A DNA stretch of 64,000 bases from Rebecca billardiae RCC1528 (GCA_965240325.2 OZ251223.1:2604001-2668000); one strand, 5' to 3'. Positions 17,269 to 28,434 are shown, numbered from the stretch's first letter. Notes: generated by a model from the letters alone, not told the origin. Numbers and translations: made by a program.

Positions 17269-17385
17269 TAGTAAACTGTAATGTGTAATCGATCGACGGA
17301 CCCTGATTGATGATTATTGATTGGACAATAGTTACTCATGGCCGCGCGCGGGGCCTACGGCTTACGGCTACCGTACAGTTTACTA
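17269..17385. mobile_element. Possible tiny MITE (10-bp TIR, TA target duplication)
   Basis: ta-gtaaactgta (17269-17280) ... tacagtttac-ta (17374-17385) is a perfect inverted pair around an AT-rich interior. Confidence 0.35.
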
Positions 17386-17532
17386 TGTTTTAACGTGCAC
17401 ACTTGGTTACAGTAGCGGCAAGTCGGCATCTCGAGCAGAAAAGGACAAACGCGTATCTACACCCATACGTCGATTCAGTATTTCTCCCGCGGCGAATATG
17501 TGCGAGGACTGTCCCAACCGCGGGTACGCTGG

Positions 17533-17613
17533 GTAAAAGCTGTCGATCCGCTGTCTTTCGGAGTAAAACACGTCGATCCGCTGACATTCGGAGTAAAATC
17601 ATTCGATCCGCTG
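17533..17613. repeat. 30-bp tandem repeat, ~2.7 copies
   Basis: GTAAAA-N4-TCGATCCGCTG-N3-TTCGGA starting at 17533, 17563 and 17593. Confidence 0.85.
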
Positions 17614-17778
17614 GCAACTTTTTATAGGCGGGGAAACTCCGAATTGTGGGCATTTCCGTAACTAACCGAACATCTGTACCGCCGATCCACTTTACACGAT
17701 TAAGTAGAGTGGACCGCCACAAAACAGACCGCGTAAAGTAGGTCTGCAGGTGAGAGTCATGGGGGTGAGGAGTCATGT

Positions 17779-18843
17779 ACTCACCACAAGACTGGCACGG
17801 CCTTGATGCGAGGCATGCTTCGTCCGAAGCAGGTGGAAACCTCCGCGGCCTGGCTGATCAACGTAACCTGCAAGGTCATCGGTCCCAGTAGTGTCAAGCA
17901 CGAGGCGATGTTGACGCCGACAATAAATGCAGCCCGTCTCTCGCGCCTGAAGGACGACGCATCTGCGCCCGATGTGACTGTCTTCTCGAAATCCCACCTC
18001 CCGCCGTTCCAGACGCCGACGCCATCGGAAGTGCGCCCGTGCGTGGTGCACATGACGCGAGACCCGATCGAGCAGGCCGTCTCCGCGTACCTCTACCACG
18101 AGCGGGTCGGCGCTGAGAACCTGGCACAGGCTGCGCGCGCGGGCGTCGCAATCCAAGACTACCGGCGGACGTCAGGCAAACGTCTACGGGAGCGCTGGAT
18201 GCACCACACGGGGTGGCGGGCCCCATGTGCCGCAGCGGGCGCCGTGAGTGGCGACGCGAGTGCACTGCGCAGGCGGGTCAACATTTCGCTCTTCGAGCTG
18301 AACAGGCGCGCGACTCGACTCACTGGGCCCGAGGCGGGCGTCCTGTGCGAGCTCGAGGGGCACACGTATGGCGAAGTGCGCAGTATGGCGGCGACGGCTC
18401 TGTCGTTGCGCGCGTACGAGCGCGCCGTCAACGTCGACCTCAGCGATTGGGCGGTGGACGCGAGCGCCGTCGTGGCACGGGTTGCGCGCGTCTGCGCCGC
18501 GCCAGGGAGCCGGCTGGTGGAGATCTTCAACGCCACCGTCCAGCAAGCCGTGGACAACGGGCTCTTCAACGCAACGAGCGGACTCCATGTGAACTCGCAG
18601 CACTTGCTCTCGTCGCGGCTGGCCGCGTTCCTACGCGCGGGAGATTTGTCGGCCGTGGCGCAGCGGCTGCCGGCGGAGAACGCGCGCGCGCTCGAGCAGG
18701 TCTACGTGGACTTCATGCAGGTCGCGAAGTGCTTCTACGAGGTGCGCACGCCTCTCAACTTGCGGCAGCAGCATGCACACACGCCAGCGAGCCTGCAACC
18801 GCCCGAGATGTGCCCGCCCGATGTGGTCCGTGCCGCCAGTTAG
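17779..18843 (+). CDS. Sulfotransferase-family protein (5' end unresolved)
   Basis: In-frame THHKTGT (5'-PSB loop) lies just upstream of the track's start. VVHMTRDPIEQAVSAYLYH is the 3'-PB motif. The frame is closed upstream by TAA at 17734, with no Met before the PSB loop. Confidence 0.7.
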   Translation, partial: THHKTGTALMRGMLRPKQVETSAAWLINVTCKVIGPSSVKHEAMLTPTINAARLSRLKDDASAPDVTVFSKSHLPPFQTPTPSEVRPCVVHMTRDPIEQAVSAYLYHERVGAENLAQAARAGVAIQDYRRTSGKRLRERWMHHTGWRAPCAAAGAVSGDASALRRRVNISLFELNRRATRLTGPEAGVLCELEGHTYGEVRSMAATALSLRAYERAVNVDLSDWAVDASAVVARVARVCAAPGSRLVEIFNATVQQAVDNGLFNATSGLHVNSQHLLSSRLAAFLRAGDLSAVAQRLPAENARALEQVYVDFMQVAKCFYEVRTPLNLRQQHAHTPASLQPPEMCPPDVVRAAS

Positions 18844-18849
18844 CGGGGC

Positions 18850-18948
18850 GGCCCGCGACGCCGGCGGGCCGCGGCCAGGGTCGGCCCGCGACGCCGGCGG
18901 GCCGCGGCCAGGGTCGGCCCGCGACGCCGGCGGGCCGCGGCCAGGGTC
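18850..18948. repeat. 33-bp perfect tandem repeat x3 just after the sulfotransferase stop
   Basis: ggcccgcgacgccggcgggccgcggccagggtc x3; each unit has a GGCCCGC/GCGGGCC stem. Confidence 0.9.
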
Positions 18949-19945
18949 GAGGGTGGCGGCGCGACGCCGTGCGCGGTGCGGGCGGCATGCCAGTGAGCAC
19001 AGTCTGGTGGGCCGTGGTGGCGCTCACACTCTGCGGCCCCGGGCGACAAATAGTCTCGATCGATCGCGGATGAGTTACGATCTAACAGTAGCCGGGCTTT
19101 GGCATGATGATGTCGAGGGTGTGTGTGTATTAATCCCGTTTCCTCCGTGCACGATTTTCTTTTCCGCCTGCCTCTCCAGGCGGTTGGCTCCAACCGTCCG
19201 GATGGTCGAAGTACCCGGTACTGCCTGCAGAGCTGCGCAGGCGAAAGCTGCGCTGCCAGTTACGTATGGCGGCCGTTTGGCTCACCGCTTTTTGGCTCAC
19301 CGCTTTTTGCGTCCGTTTCTGAGGACCGACACCGCCCGCTCGTCCGCACGGACGACACTGCTGACGACGTCCGTAGGGACCGACTACTGTGATAAGCCCC
19401 TGCGTGACCGGGGAACTGGTAAGGCGGAATAAACATCAGATATGTGAATCGTCGCAGGCTCGCAACGCGCGATGCGCGCGAGCGCGTTCCTTGCGCCAGC
19501 GCGGTCGGGTCCGGACGGTCCGGTAACGAGCGCGTCTCGTTGCTCATTCAGTGAGTCATTGCTGACTCCGATAGGCCAGTAGTACCACTGTTAGACTGAA
19601 GAAGAAGCGTGGGTGCTCCCTACCGCGCGTGTGGGCGATAGGTCCACCGGAAGCGACCAGGCGGGGCTAAGGAGTAAGGAGCCACCGCCCCGGGGGGCGA
19701 GGCGGACGGATGTCACATCACGGATGGATGCGTCGGCAGCCCCAAACCTAGGGTTTGGGCCGTTTTGGGCTCCGGACTGGCCGAGGTAACTGGGCCCAGT
19801 CTGACAGGTGGGTCACCTGACGGTGTCAGGCGGCCACCTGACACTGTCAGGCGGTCAGGCCGCAGGCGACTCTGCCTGTCAGTCAGCTGACAGGACAGGT
19901 ACAGATAATTGTCAGGCAGCATCGACGCCCGCAAAGATCGCCACG

Positions 19946-21070
19946 ATGGCGGACGCTGCTGCGGAGGCCATTGCAGGTGGTGATGTGTCTGCCCTTGAGC
20001 AGGCGATGGCAAGCGCCGGCAGCGCGGAAGAGGTGGCGGCGCTCGTCTGCACACCGATCGACGCGAAGGGCAACTGCCTGGCACACCTCGCCGCCGAGTG
20101 CGACGAGGTGGCCTGCCTGCAGCTGCTGCTGTCGCGCGCATCGGCGGGTGCGCGGGCAGCACGCACCGCTCGCGGCATGACACCCCTGCACGTGGCGGCG
20201 CAGTGCGGAGCGCTGTCGTGCGTGGATGCGCTCCTCTCCGCGCGCGGCAGTGCGCAATTGCTCGAGCCCAATGCCTGGTCAGAGACACCGCTCCACCTCG
20301 CAGCGGCCGCTGGGCACGTGAGCGTCTGTGAGGCTCTGCTGCGCGCCGCCGCCTCGAACCAGCTCGAGCTGACCGGCGCGCTTGACGCGTGGGGCCGCAC
20401 GCCGGCGCACGTCGCGCAGCAGCAAGGCGAGCTCGCCGCTCTCGCGTCGCTCGGAGGCGCACCCTCGGCTGACGCAGGCCACGCAGCTCACGGCGGCAGC
20501 GCGTGCGGCGGTCCCGACGGTGGTGGAGCCGTCTCGCTCGCGCTGCACAGTCTGCACACGCAGCTCCGCGATGCCCTCCAGCCGCGCGAGTACGCCGTCG
20601 CGCCGGCGGCAAGCGCCCCGCCCGTGGCACCGCCCGCCCCGCCGCCCCGCCCCGCCACCTACGCCCCGCCCAGAGCCCGCCCCCTCAGCCAGCTGCTCGA
20701 GTACCCCGGGCCCGCGCCGGCTGAGCTGGAGACGCTGTTGGAGGGTGGGGGCGTGCACGCCGGCGGGCGCGACATGTTCGGCCTGGCCGCGGTGCACAAG
20801 CTCGCGGCGTGGGACAGCCACGCGCTGCTGCGCGTGCTGCTGCCGCGGCTGAGCGCCCAGGACGTGAACGCATGCGCTGGCGAGCACCGGTGGACAGCGC
20901 TGCACTTTGCGGCCGATGCGGGCGCGCGCCGCGCGTACGACGCACTGCTCGGCTGCCCGCACACCAAGGCAGACATCGCCGATGCTCAGGGCCGGGACGC
21001 GGCGGAGCTGCTGAGGCTGGCAGAGGGGGCAGGGGGCGTGCTGGGTGAGAGCTGCAGCGAGGGCAGCTGA
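19946..21070 (+). CDS. Ankyrin repeat protein (two clusters of repeats)
   Basis: KGNCLAHLAA, GMTPLHVAA, ETPLHLAAAAGH and GRTPAHVA, then a Pro-rich linker, then FGLAAVHKLA and WTALHFAA. ATG at 19946. Confidence 0.85.
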   Translation: MADAAAEAIAGGDVSALEQAMASAGSAEEVAALVCTPIDAKGNCLAHLAAECDEVACLQLLLSRASAGARAARTARGMTPLHVAAQCGALSCVDALLSARGSAQLLEPNAWSETPLHLAAAAGHVSVCEALLRAAASNQLELTGALDAWGRTPAHVAQQQGELAALASLGGAPSADAGHAAHGGSACGGPDGGGAVSLALHSLHTQLRDALQPREYAVAPAASAPPVAPPAPPPRPATYAPPRARPLSQLLEYPGPAPAELETLLEGGGVHAGGRDMFGLAAVHKLAAWDSHALLRVLLPRLSAQDVNACAGEHRWTALHFAADAGARRAYDALLGCPHTKADIADAQGRDAAELLRLAEGAGGVLGESCSEGS

Positions 21071-21406
21071 TCGTGCTGTGCCGTGGGACAGGCTTCAGCT
21101 GTTGCACGGTCTGGCGCAGTCTGGCGCAGTCGGCCAGTCGCGATGACAGTGTGCTCAGTTTTGACGAGGAGCTTCTTCAGACTGCATCAAAGCTCGCACC
21201 ACCTCCGTCTGGGCGCGACGCGCCGGGGGCGCATGGTAAGTAGGTGATGGGCCACGGGCCGATGCACCCGCGGCCCGGCCCAGCCGTGACCAGTGCGCTC
21301 GCGCTGGCGGCCACGGCGCCGCGAGGAAGACCACATGCGCAATGCCGACGGCCGTCATTCGCGCCGTGTCGTACTGACTACTGTCGTGCGGCTCCAAAGA
21401 TCGATG

Positions 21407-21410
<4 letters not shown>

Positions 21411-21490
<80 letters not shown>
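21411..21490. repeat. (AT)40 microsatellite
   Basis: Read directly from the sequence. Confidence 0.98.
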
Positions 21491-21493
<3 letters not shown>

Positions 21494-23300
21494 CGGCTAC
21501 GCCGATCTTCGGGTAGTAAACAACGAAGTTGAGGGCGCACGGCCCTGGTAGTTCCCTCGCGTCGTTCTTCACCGAATCACGATTAATGCGCGCGCCCGGC
21601 GCGTTGCCGTGCAGGAGGCGCGGCCGGCGCGGGCGCGAGTAATCGACGCGATCGACGGACTCGGGGGGCTGCGCCGTGTCGAACTCGACGCGCAGCAGCC
21701 GCAGCGCCTCCGCCCGGTGCGCTTCGGGCAGCCCTGCTGTGGCCGCGCGCAGCGCAGAGATCGCGCTCGGCAGCTCGCCCGTCTCAGCCTCGCACAGCCT
21801 CGCGCGCTCGGCGGGATCGGCGCAGCGTCGGATGATTGAGCTCGCAGCTCTGAGCTCGCAGCTCGTCGGCCGGTCGGCGGCGGGAAAGAGCGTCGCGAGC
21901 AGCCGCGGCTCGAGCCTGTCTACGACCTCCCGCAGCCGCAGCAGCCGCTCCTTGCACGCCCTCGGCGTCTTCCCCTCGAATGCGGGCACAATGAGCTCCC
22001 CACGGCACGTAACACCCTGGATTGCGACCTTTGTGCGCGTCGGCGCCGCCGCGGGTGCTGTCGGCCGACGGCCTGGAGCGCGAGGGCGACTGCGAGCACG
22101 GGCGAGAGAGGAGCACGGCGTCGCCCGTAGCATATGCCACCTCGCCATCGTCGCGGACTCGCCGCTCGCAGATCTAAGCCCAGCCTCGTCGCGAGCAAAA
22201 CAGATGTCCGCGCTCGGCCTCGAGCTGCGAGGACTGGCGCCCAGCCTCGTCGCCCGCAGATCTGCGCGCGCTGCTTGCCGCGCCGTCATGCGCAGCCAGA
22301 GAGAGAGAGGCTCACGGTCAGCACTCCGCACGCGGAGCCATCACAGCGCGGCCATGGTCATGGACGGCGCGAGCGTGAGGGCTTGGGCGAGCGACTTCCC
22401 GCGAACATGCCAAGAGTTCAGCGACAGCTGCGCGGGCGTGCGGCGTGGCGCGCGCGGGCGCGCGCGCATGGCAGGGCGGGGCGCGCGGAGTGAGCGAGGC
22501 ACGAATGCGATGGCGACGGCCGTTGGGACCCGCCGCGCAGCTGCGCGCACCAGCGCTGAGTCTTGTCGGATTGAAGATCGTGCCTGCGTCACGCATTGCC
22601 CGCCTCAGAGGCTTTGCTCGAGCCCGCTCGTTCGTGTGGCAGGGCTTTTGTATCATCGCGCGAAGCCGTGTTACGATGAGCAGTATTAATCGACGGGAGA
22701 TAACTATAGTAATCAGAAAGGATACGGTTATGAATCGCGCGCGGGAGATATATCCGATTGACGCGGGTAGCCCGAAGGGAACGCCTTCGGGCTACCCGCG
22801 TCAATGATATATCTCGTCGCCCGCGAGGGTTCGTGCGAAACGATGCGGATCGCGTGCCCTAGAACATCGCGCCAACCTGATGATATCCGCCACTGAGAAG
22901 CGACGGTTCTGAATGACTTCAGATGCCGGTCAATACTTTACTTCAAGCGACATAAAAGCCGACCGAACCTCTCTTTTCTATGGTTGGCGAGCTGTTTCAG
23001 GCTCTTACAATTCAGGCATCTTACTATGACGGAATGTTCGAACACACGGCTGGTGTTATGTGCTATTCCACCCTGCATTCCCCTAAGTGTTACTATCGTC
23101 AAAATTAGCATGATCCACTACAAACGCAATCATTGGCAGCGAAATGCGTCAACTAGGGGTTCGGTCACATCTGAATCAACCTACAAAAATCCCCAAAATC
23201 CTGCGCGCATCCTCTTTTTGATTTTGCGGAGCACGTGCGCCGCCCCCCCCCCCCCGGCTTTCGCTCACGCTCAGACCTTTCGGGGGGGGCCGTGCGCCAT
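21491..23300 (-). mobile_element. Non-autonomous Helitron2/Helentron-like element (copy B)
   Basis: 12-bp inverted pair GGCGCACGGCCC at 21534-21545 and its reverse complement at 23287-23298. Terminal hairpin GATCGGC-TAC-GCCGATC (21491-21507) abuts (AT)n. Both ends align with the element at 27591-30526. Confidence 0.65.
22745..22815. other. Long hairpin (22-bp perfect stem plus 9-bp outer stem)
   Basis: attgacgcgggtagcccgaagg (22757-22778), loop gaacg, ccttcgggctacccgcgtcaat (22784-22805). Outer stem gagatatat/atatatctc. Confidence 0.9.
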
Positions 23301-23438
23301 GAGCTGAGGCGCTTTTGTACTACACATCAATGGGGGTACCGCCGTACCGTAGTGCAAAATCGTCATCATGGCGAGATTTTTCCTGCTGATGACCGGACGG
23401 CAGTCGGCATGCTCATTGACATACATACATACGTACAT

Positions 23439-25477
23439 CACAGTGAACAAAAACGGGATTATCGTTACCGTAACCCGTCCGACACGAGCCGATTTTCGGG
23501 GAACTTCTCGCGCGGGCCGCACGAGCGCACAGACGACGCTACGGTGGTCGCGCAGGCGCCTGGCGAGTGCCCCGGGCATGGGACTGCAACATCCCACCCA
23601 GCCTCCCCATCCCTCCGCCCCTCTCTGCCTCGCCGGGTTGCACGCGGCTGGCCGGTCACGTAGCTCGTGGTGAGCCATTCGTGAGCGTGGAGCCCTGCTG
23701 CTCAGTGCGGCGATGCAGCGAGGCGAAGCGGCGCGTAAGATGGCGCATCTTACTCCGAATGCAGTCTGCTACCAGCACAGCCGCCCTCGCCGGAGTGCCT
23801 GGTCGTCACCTTCGTCGTGTGCACGTGTCGCGCGCTGCCCATCAACGAGCGATCGTAAGCCTTCTCCGGAGCCATTCAAACACGCTCGTCCTCGACGAGG
23901 CGTGCGCGAGGCACCGCGCGAGCGCGGGAGCGGCCCTTCCTAGCGTAGACCTGCACGGCCATCCACCTCGCCACAGCCTGCCATGTCAAACTCCTCCCCG
24001 CACACAGTGCTCGCGTGCCGCGTGCAGGTCGGTCGACTCACATGGCAGAAGGGTGCACAGATCTTTTCGACTGCGAGGAGACGGCCGCGAGCACAGGCGT
24101 GCGGCGCTGTCCCACGCTTCATTGGGCTGTTCTAGACCAGTCACGCGCCCGCGGCACCCCACCCGCCCTCTCCGCGTCGCGTGCCACTCAACGCCGCGCG
24201 CGCCCTCTCGGGCGATGCGAGTCTCGCCATCGACGGCGATCTTGCGGCTGATTCGTACCCGCATGTATTCAACAAATACGACAAATCGCCGAGCTGAACG
24301 CACCTCGTCGCGCGATGGCATGGTCGCGCTGTGTGACGTCGCTCGCCGCAGGAAATTCGGTACGCGACGAGAGCACGGCGCACGCGCACGGCGCGGCGTG
24401 GGAGGCGGGGCGGTGGTGTCCTCGAGCCATCCCGCCCGCGCCGCGGTGCGCCAGCCGCCACCTCGCCGCGCCGTGGCCCATGCCGCGCGGCAGGTGTCGA
24501 CCAGACCGACCTTGCCGCCCAACAGAGGGCCGCCACGGAAATTCTGTATTTGTTGAATACAGACTTACCCACGTGCCCGCGATGCGGCGGCGCCCGTGGC
24601 GGCGGCCTGGCGCGGCGGCGGCGGCGCGGGCAGCCTGACGGGCCAGATAGGGCGCGCCAGGTCGGGGCGATCGTGATGGGATGGTTCCATACGCATCAGT
24701 GCGTGCTCCTGTGCATCTCAAGAGCGCGCTGGGCGCCCTCTCTCGCGCCTATGCCCATCCCACGCGGTCTGAGAAGCCTCCCGGTTTGGCCATTGTCGTG
24801 CCGTGCTCGGTCGTGGCTGCCCGGCGGGTCGGAGAGGTCGAGGCGAGCCGGGTCGTTCGCTACGGACGATGCCTATGGGTCATGGCGAGTGCCAGCACGC
24901 AGCTCGGGCGCGCGCCCGGCGCCTCCTCGCCGCGCTACATCCACACCAAGATCTGGCCCAAAAACAGGCTTCAAGAGCGAAACTCAGTCTGGGAGTTGCT
25001 CAGGCCGCTGTGTGCGGTTTGAAGGCGCGCAAACTTGTGGAGCGGGTGCCCACATGGGTTGAGCACAATGCGACGTTGCGTTTTTTCGCGAAACACCACT
25101 TCCTCGCCTCTCCGCGCGCGTGCCGCGCGGCCCCCGTGAAGTCCTCTTAACAGGTCACGTGTGGCCGCCCGTGGGGCGAGGGTGGGCGAGGAGGGGCGGG
25201 GGAGGGTGACGCCGCCCCAGGGAACCGCCTTGGCAAGCCGGCCGACGCCTCGCAGCCCCCCTCGCGGCAGTCATGCGCGCACGCCCGCCGCTCGGAGCGC
25301 GCCATCGATTCGAATGGGCGTGCGCACGACCGACCATGCTCAAACGGCTTCCGGCCCGATCTTTCTCCACTGTGGCGGCGCGATGTGCCGCGAACGGGGC
25401 ATGAAAAAAATTCCAGCGCATCCCCACTGGGCGGAAGTGCGGTTGGGTTACGGCCGAAAATCGATTTCTTTACTGTG
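23439..25477. mobile_element. Non-autonomous CAC-terminated TIR element (CMC/EnSpm- or Transib-like) inserted in (CATA)n
   Basis: Left end AT|CACAGTGAACAAAAACGGGATTATCGTTACCGTAACCCGTCCG. Reverse complement of right end AT|CACAGTAAAGAAATCGATTTTCGGCCGTAACCCAACCG. (CATA)n on both flanks; 2-bp AT duplication. Confidence 0.65.
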
Positions 25478-25826
<349 letters not shown>

Positions 25827-25883
25827 ATGCGGGCGGGCGGCGCGCGGAGGGGCGGCACTCTACGCGCTGACGCGCGGTCAAGC

Positions 25884-27444
25884 TCATGCTCGGAAGTCCC
25901 ACAGCGGGACTTCTCCGAGCTTACAGGATCGCCAGTGAAGACCTCCCGCGCCCCTCGAGATCATACGGAGTTGGCGGCAAGATCGCGCTCTTGCGGCGGC
26001 GGCGGGCGGGAAGCGCGCGCCGGCGCTCGCTCGCGCGCTCGCTGCCCGCAGCGCGCGCGTCAGGTCGTCGCGAGCGCTTGCGCACCGGCGCTAGGGCGCG
26101 TGCAACCTGCGCACGCCGCTGGTTCGCGCCTGCGCGCTCTGCTCCGCCGCTGCGGCGCTTGCGAGCGCTCGCCGTGTCCGGCTGCGCCGGTCCCCGGGCC
26201 GCGTCGAAAGCCTGGTTGTGCGGCCAGCCAAGTGTGGCGTTTGCGGCTTGGCGCGCGAGCGCGCGACGCAGCGGATGGCGCGTGTGAGCCGCCCGGCCAG
26301 CTACACTCGCCTCGTGCGCCGCGTGCCGACCGCGAGCCCCAGATTCGACGCCGAGCGCTGCTCGGTCACGGTGAGACGGGTCGGCGCTCCGCATCGCAGA
26401 GCCGCGCGTGGTCGCGCAGAAGAGGCCGCGCGTGGCCGGCGCGGCCGCTGTGTGCCATGGTCTAGACTTCAATCGCGTCCGCGGTAGGTGAGAACGCTTG
26501 CCTCGCCCAAGCGGTCACGCCGCACTCACGAGTGGGCGAGTTGACCTGACCCTGCGTGCTGGGCCGTACTCTCGTGCCGCCAGCAGTGGGCTCGAACAAA
26601 TCCATCCTACTCCATTGGTAGACGGCTTCAAGAACTCGATGGTCGTGGTCTGGTAGCGCGCTGATGACACGTGCTGACGTGCACGATCTCCGTGAGCGCA
26701 GCTCTTCCACGCAATGGCTTATGTGGCTACGATCGGTGACGGCGTGACCTCGAGACGGAGACACCTTCTGAATCCACCTCACGTGTCACGCGCTGTGTAC
26801 GGGCAAAGGATTAGTGACCGCTTGGGCGAGGCAAGCGTTCCTACCGCGGACGCGATTGAAGTCTAGACCACGGCAGACAGCGGCCGCGCCGGCCACGCGC
26901 GGCCTCTTCTGCGCGACCACGCGCGGCTCTGCGATGCGGAGCGCCGACCCGTCTCACCGTGACCGAGCAGCGCTCGGCGTCGAATCTGGGGCTCGCAGTC
27001 GGCACGCGGCGCACGAGGCGAGTGTAGCTGGCCGGGCGGCTCACACGCGCCATCCGCTGCGTCGCGCGCTCGCGCGCCAAGCCGCAAACGCCACACTTGG
27101 CTGGCCGCACAACCAGGCTTTCGACGCGGCCCGGGGACCGGCGCAGCCGGACACGGCGAGCGCTCGCAAGCGCCGCAGCGGCGGAGCAGAGCGCGCAGGC
27201 GCGAACCAGCGGCGTGCGCAGGTTGCACGCGCCCTAGCGCCGGTGCGCAAGCGCTCGCGACGACCTGACGCGCGCGCTGCGGGCAGCGAGCGCGCGAGCG
27301 AGCGCCGGCGCGCGCTTCCCGCCCGCCGCCGCCGCAAGAGCGCGATCTTGCCGCCAACTCCGTATGATCTCGAGGGGCGCGGGAGGTCTTCACTGGCGAT
27401 CCTGTAAGCTCGGAGAAGTCCCGCTGTGGGACTTCCGAGCATGA
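25884..27444. mobile_element. Foldback element: ~630-bp inverted arms, 295-bp spacer, possible 4-bp TSD AAGC
   Basis: Arm 25884-26518 is the reverse complement of 26814-27444 apart from a few substitutions and a 4-nt indel. AAGC at 25880-25883 and 27445-27448. Confidence 0.75.
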
Positions 27445-27549
27445 AAGCTGCGCTCGCAGTCGCTGCACGGCAGCACGAGGACTGGCGGAGGAGGCCGCGG
27501 CGCACAGATCGGGACGACTGTGGCGTCAGACTGTGCAGTCGTGTAGCAG

Positions 27550-27554
<5 letters not shown>

Positions 27555-27588
<34 letters not shown>
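27555..27588. repeat. (AT)n microsatellite
   Basis: Read directly from the sequence. Confidence 0.95.
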
Positions 27589-27592
<4 letters not shown>

Positions 27593-28434
27593 GGCCCGCG
27601 GTGCAGGGCGGAGCGCGTAGCGTGGAGCCCCGCCGGGGGCCCTCACTACGTTGTCAAAAAGATCTTTTGATCAAAGAAAAGGGGACGGGGGACGATTTTG
27701 AGGGCTGTTGGAGGGTGAGTTTTCGATTTTTCGAGGGGTACGTTGGCCCATAGTGCTCTGCATTAGCAACTACGCGCTTGACGAAATAAGCGCGCCCACG
27801 CCATTCCGCATAAGTCGATGGACGGACGTGCATTTGTCAGTATATCTGGGTGAACGAATCTGCGATTTGTTGTAAATCTTCATAGCATATTGCCAAATAG
27901 GACGAGGACCCAAGCGCGTGCGATGGGTCCTGGGCTGAGGGCTCCTGGCAAAAAGTCTTCGTCAAGTACTCAACTTTACTAACGACGAACCTTTGCGCGC
28001 TGCCAAATTACTCAACTTTACACCTAATAATGACCCCAGTGGGCGGAAATGGCCATATCTCCCGGAGATCGGGAGTACTCACACGTGTGAGTCATGTTTC
28101 GTCCTTTTTTCCGAGACGTTGATTGGTCAAACGCTCAGCATTCTATGTCCACAATTCCATATCGACACAACACAACTCCTACCAACCTGTGTCACTAAAA
28201 ACCTTGGGTTAGCTGCACAACGACCAATCAGCGCGCAGCGAGCGGAGAGACTCGAAACCCGAGATTCACTCACGCGCATTTACTATGATGTTTGCGTATC
28301 GCCCATGCCAACTTTGCTATTGACAAAAACGCGCAGCGGCTTGGTTACGACCCATAGAAATCTAGACGACCACCAATCAGCACACAGCAAACGAGACAAC
28401 CTTCACTTTCGAGCGGGCGAAAGGAGCTTTGCCT

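Noticed and set aside
17533-17613. 30-bp repeats as a CRISPR-like array
   Set aside because: Contiguous tandem units with no unique spacers, eukaryotic context and no cas genes.
19276-19309. 15-bp tandem duplicate tttggctcaccgctt
   Set aside because: Only two copies; simple slippage with no further support.
19383-19393. ACTACTGTGAT resembling the CAC element's right end
   Set aside because: No partner end found; match too short.
27644-27660. CACTACGTTGTCAAAAA as a CACTA terminus
   Set aside because: No complementary end downstream; lies inside element A's 5' region.
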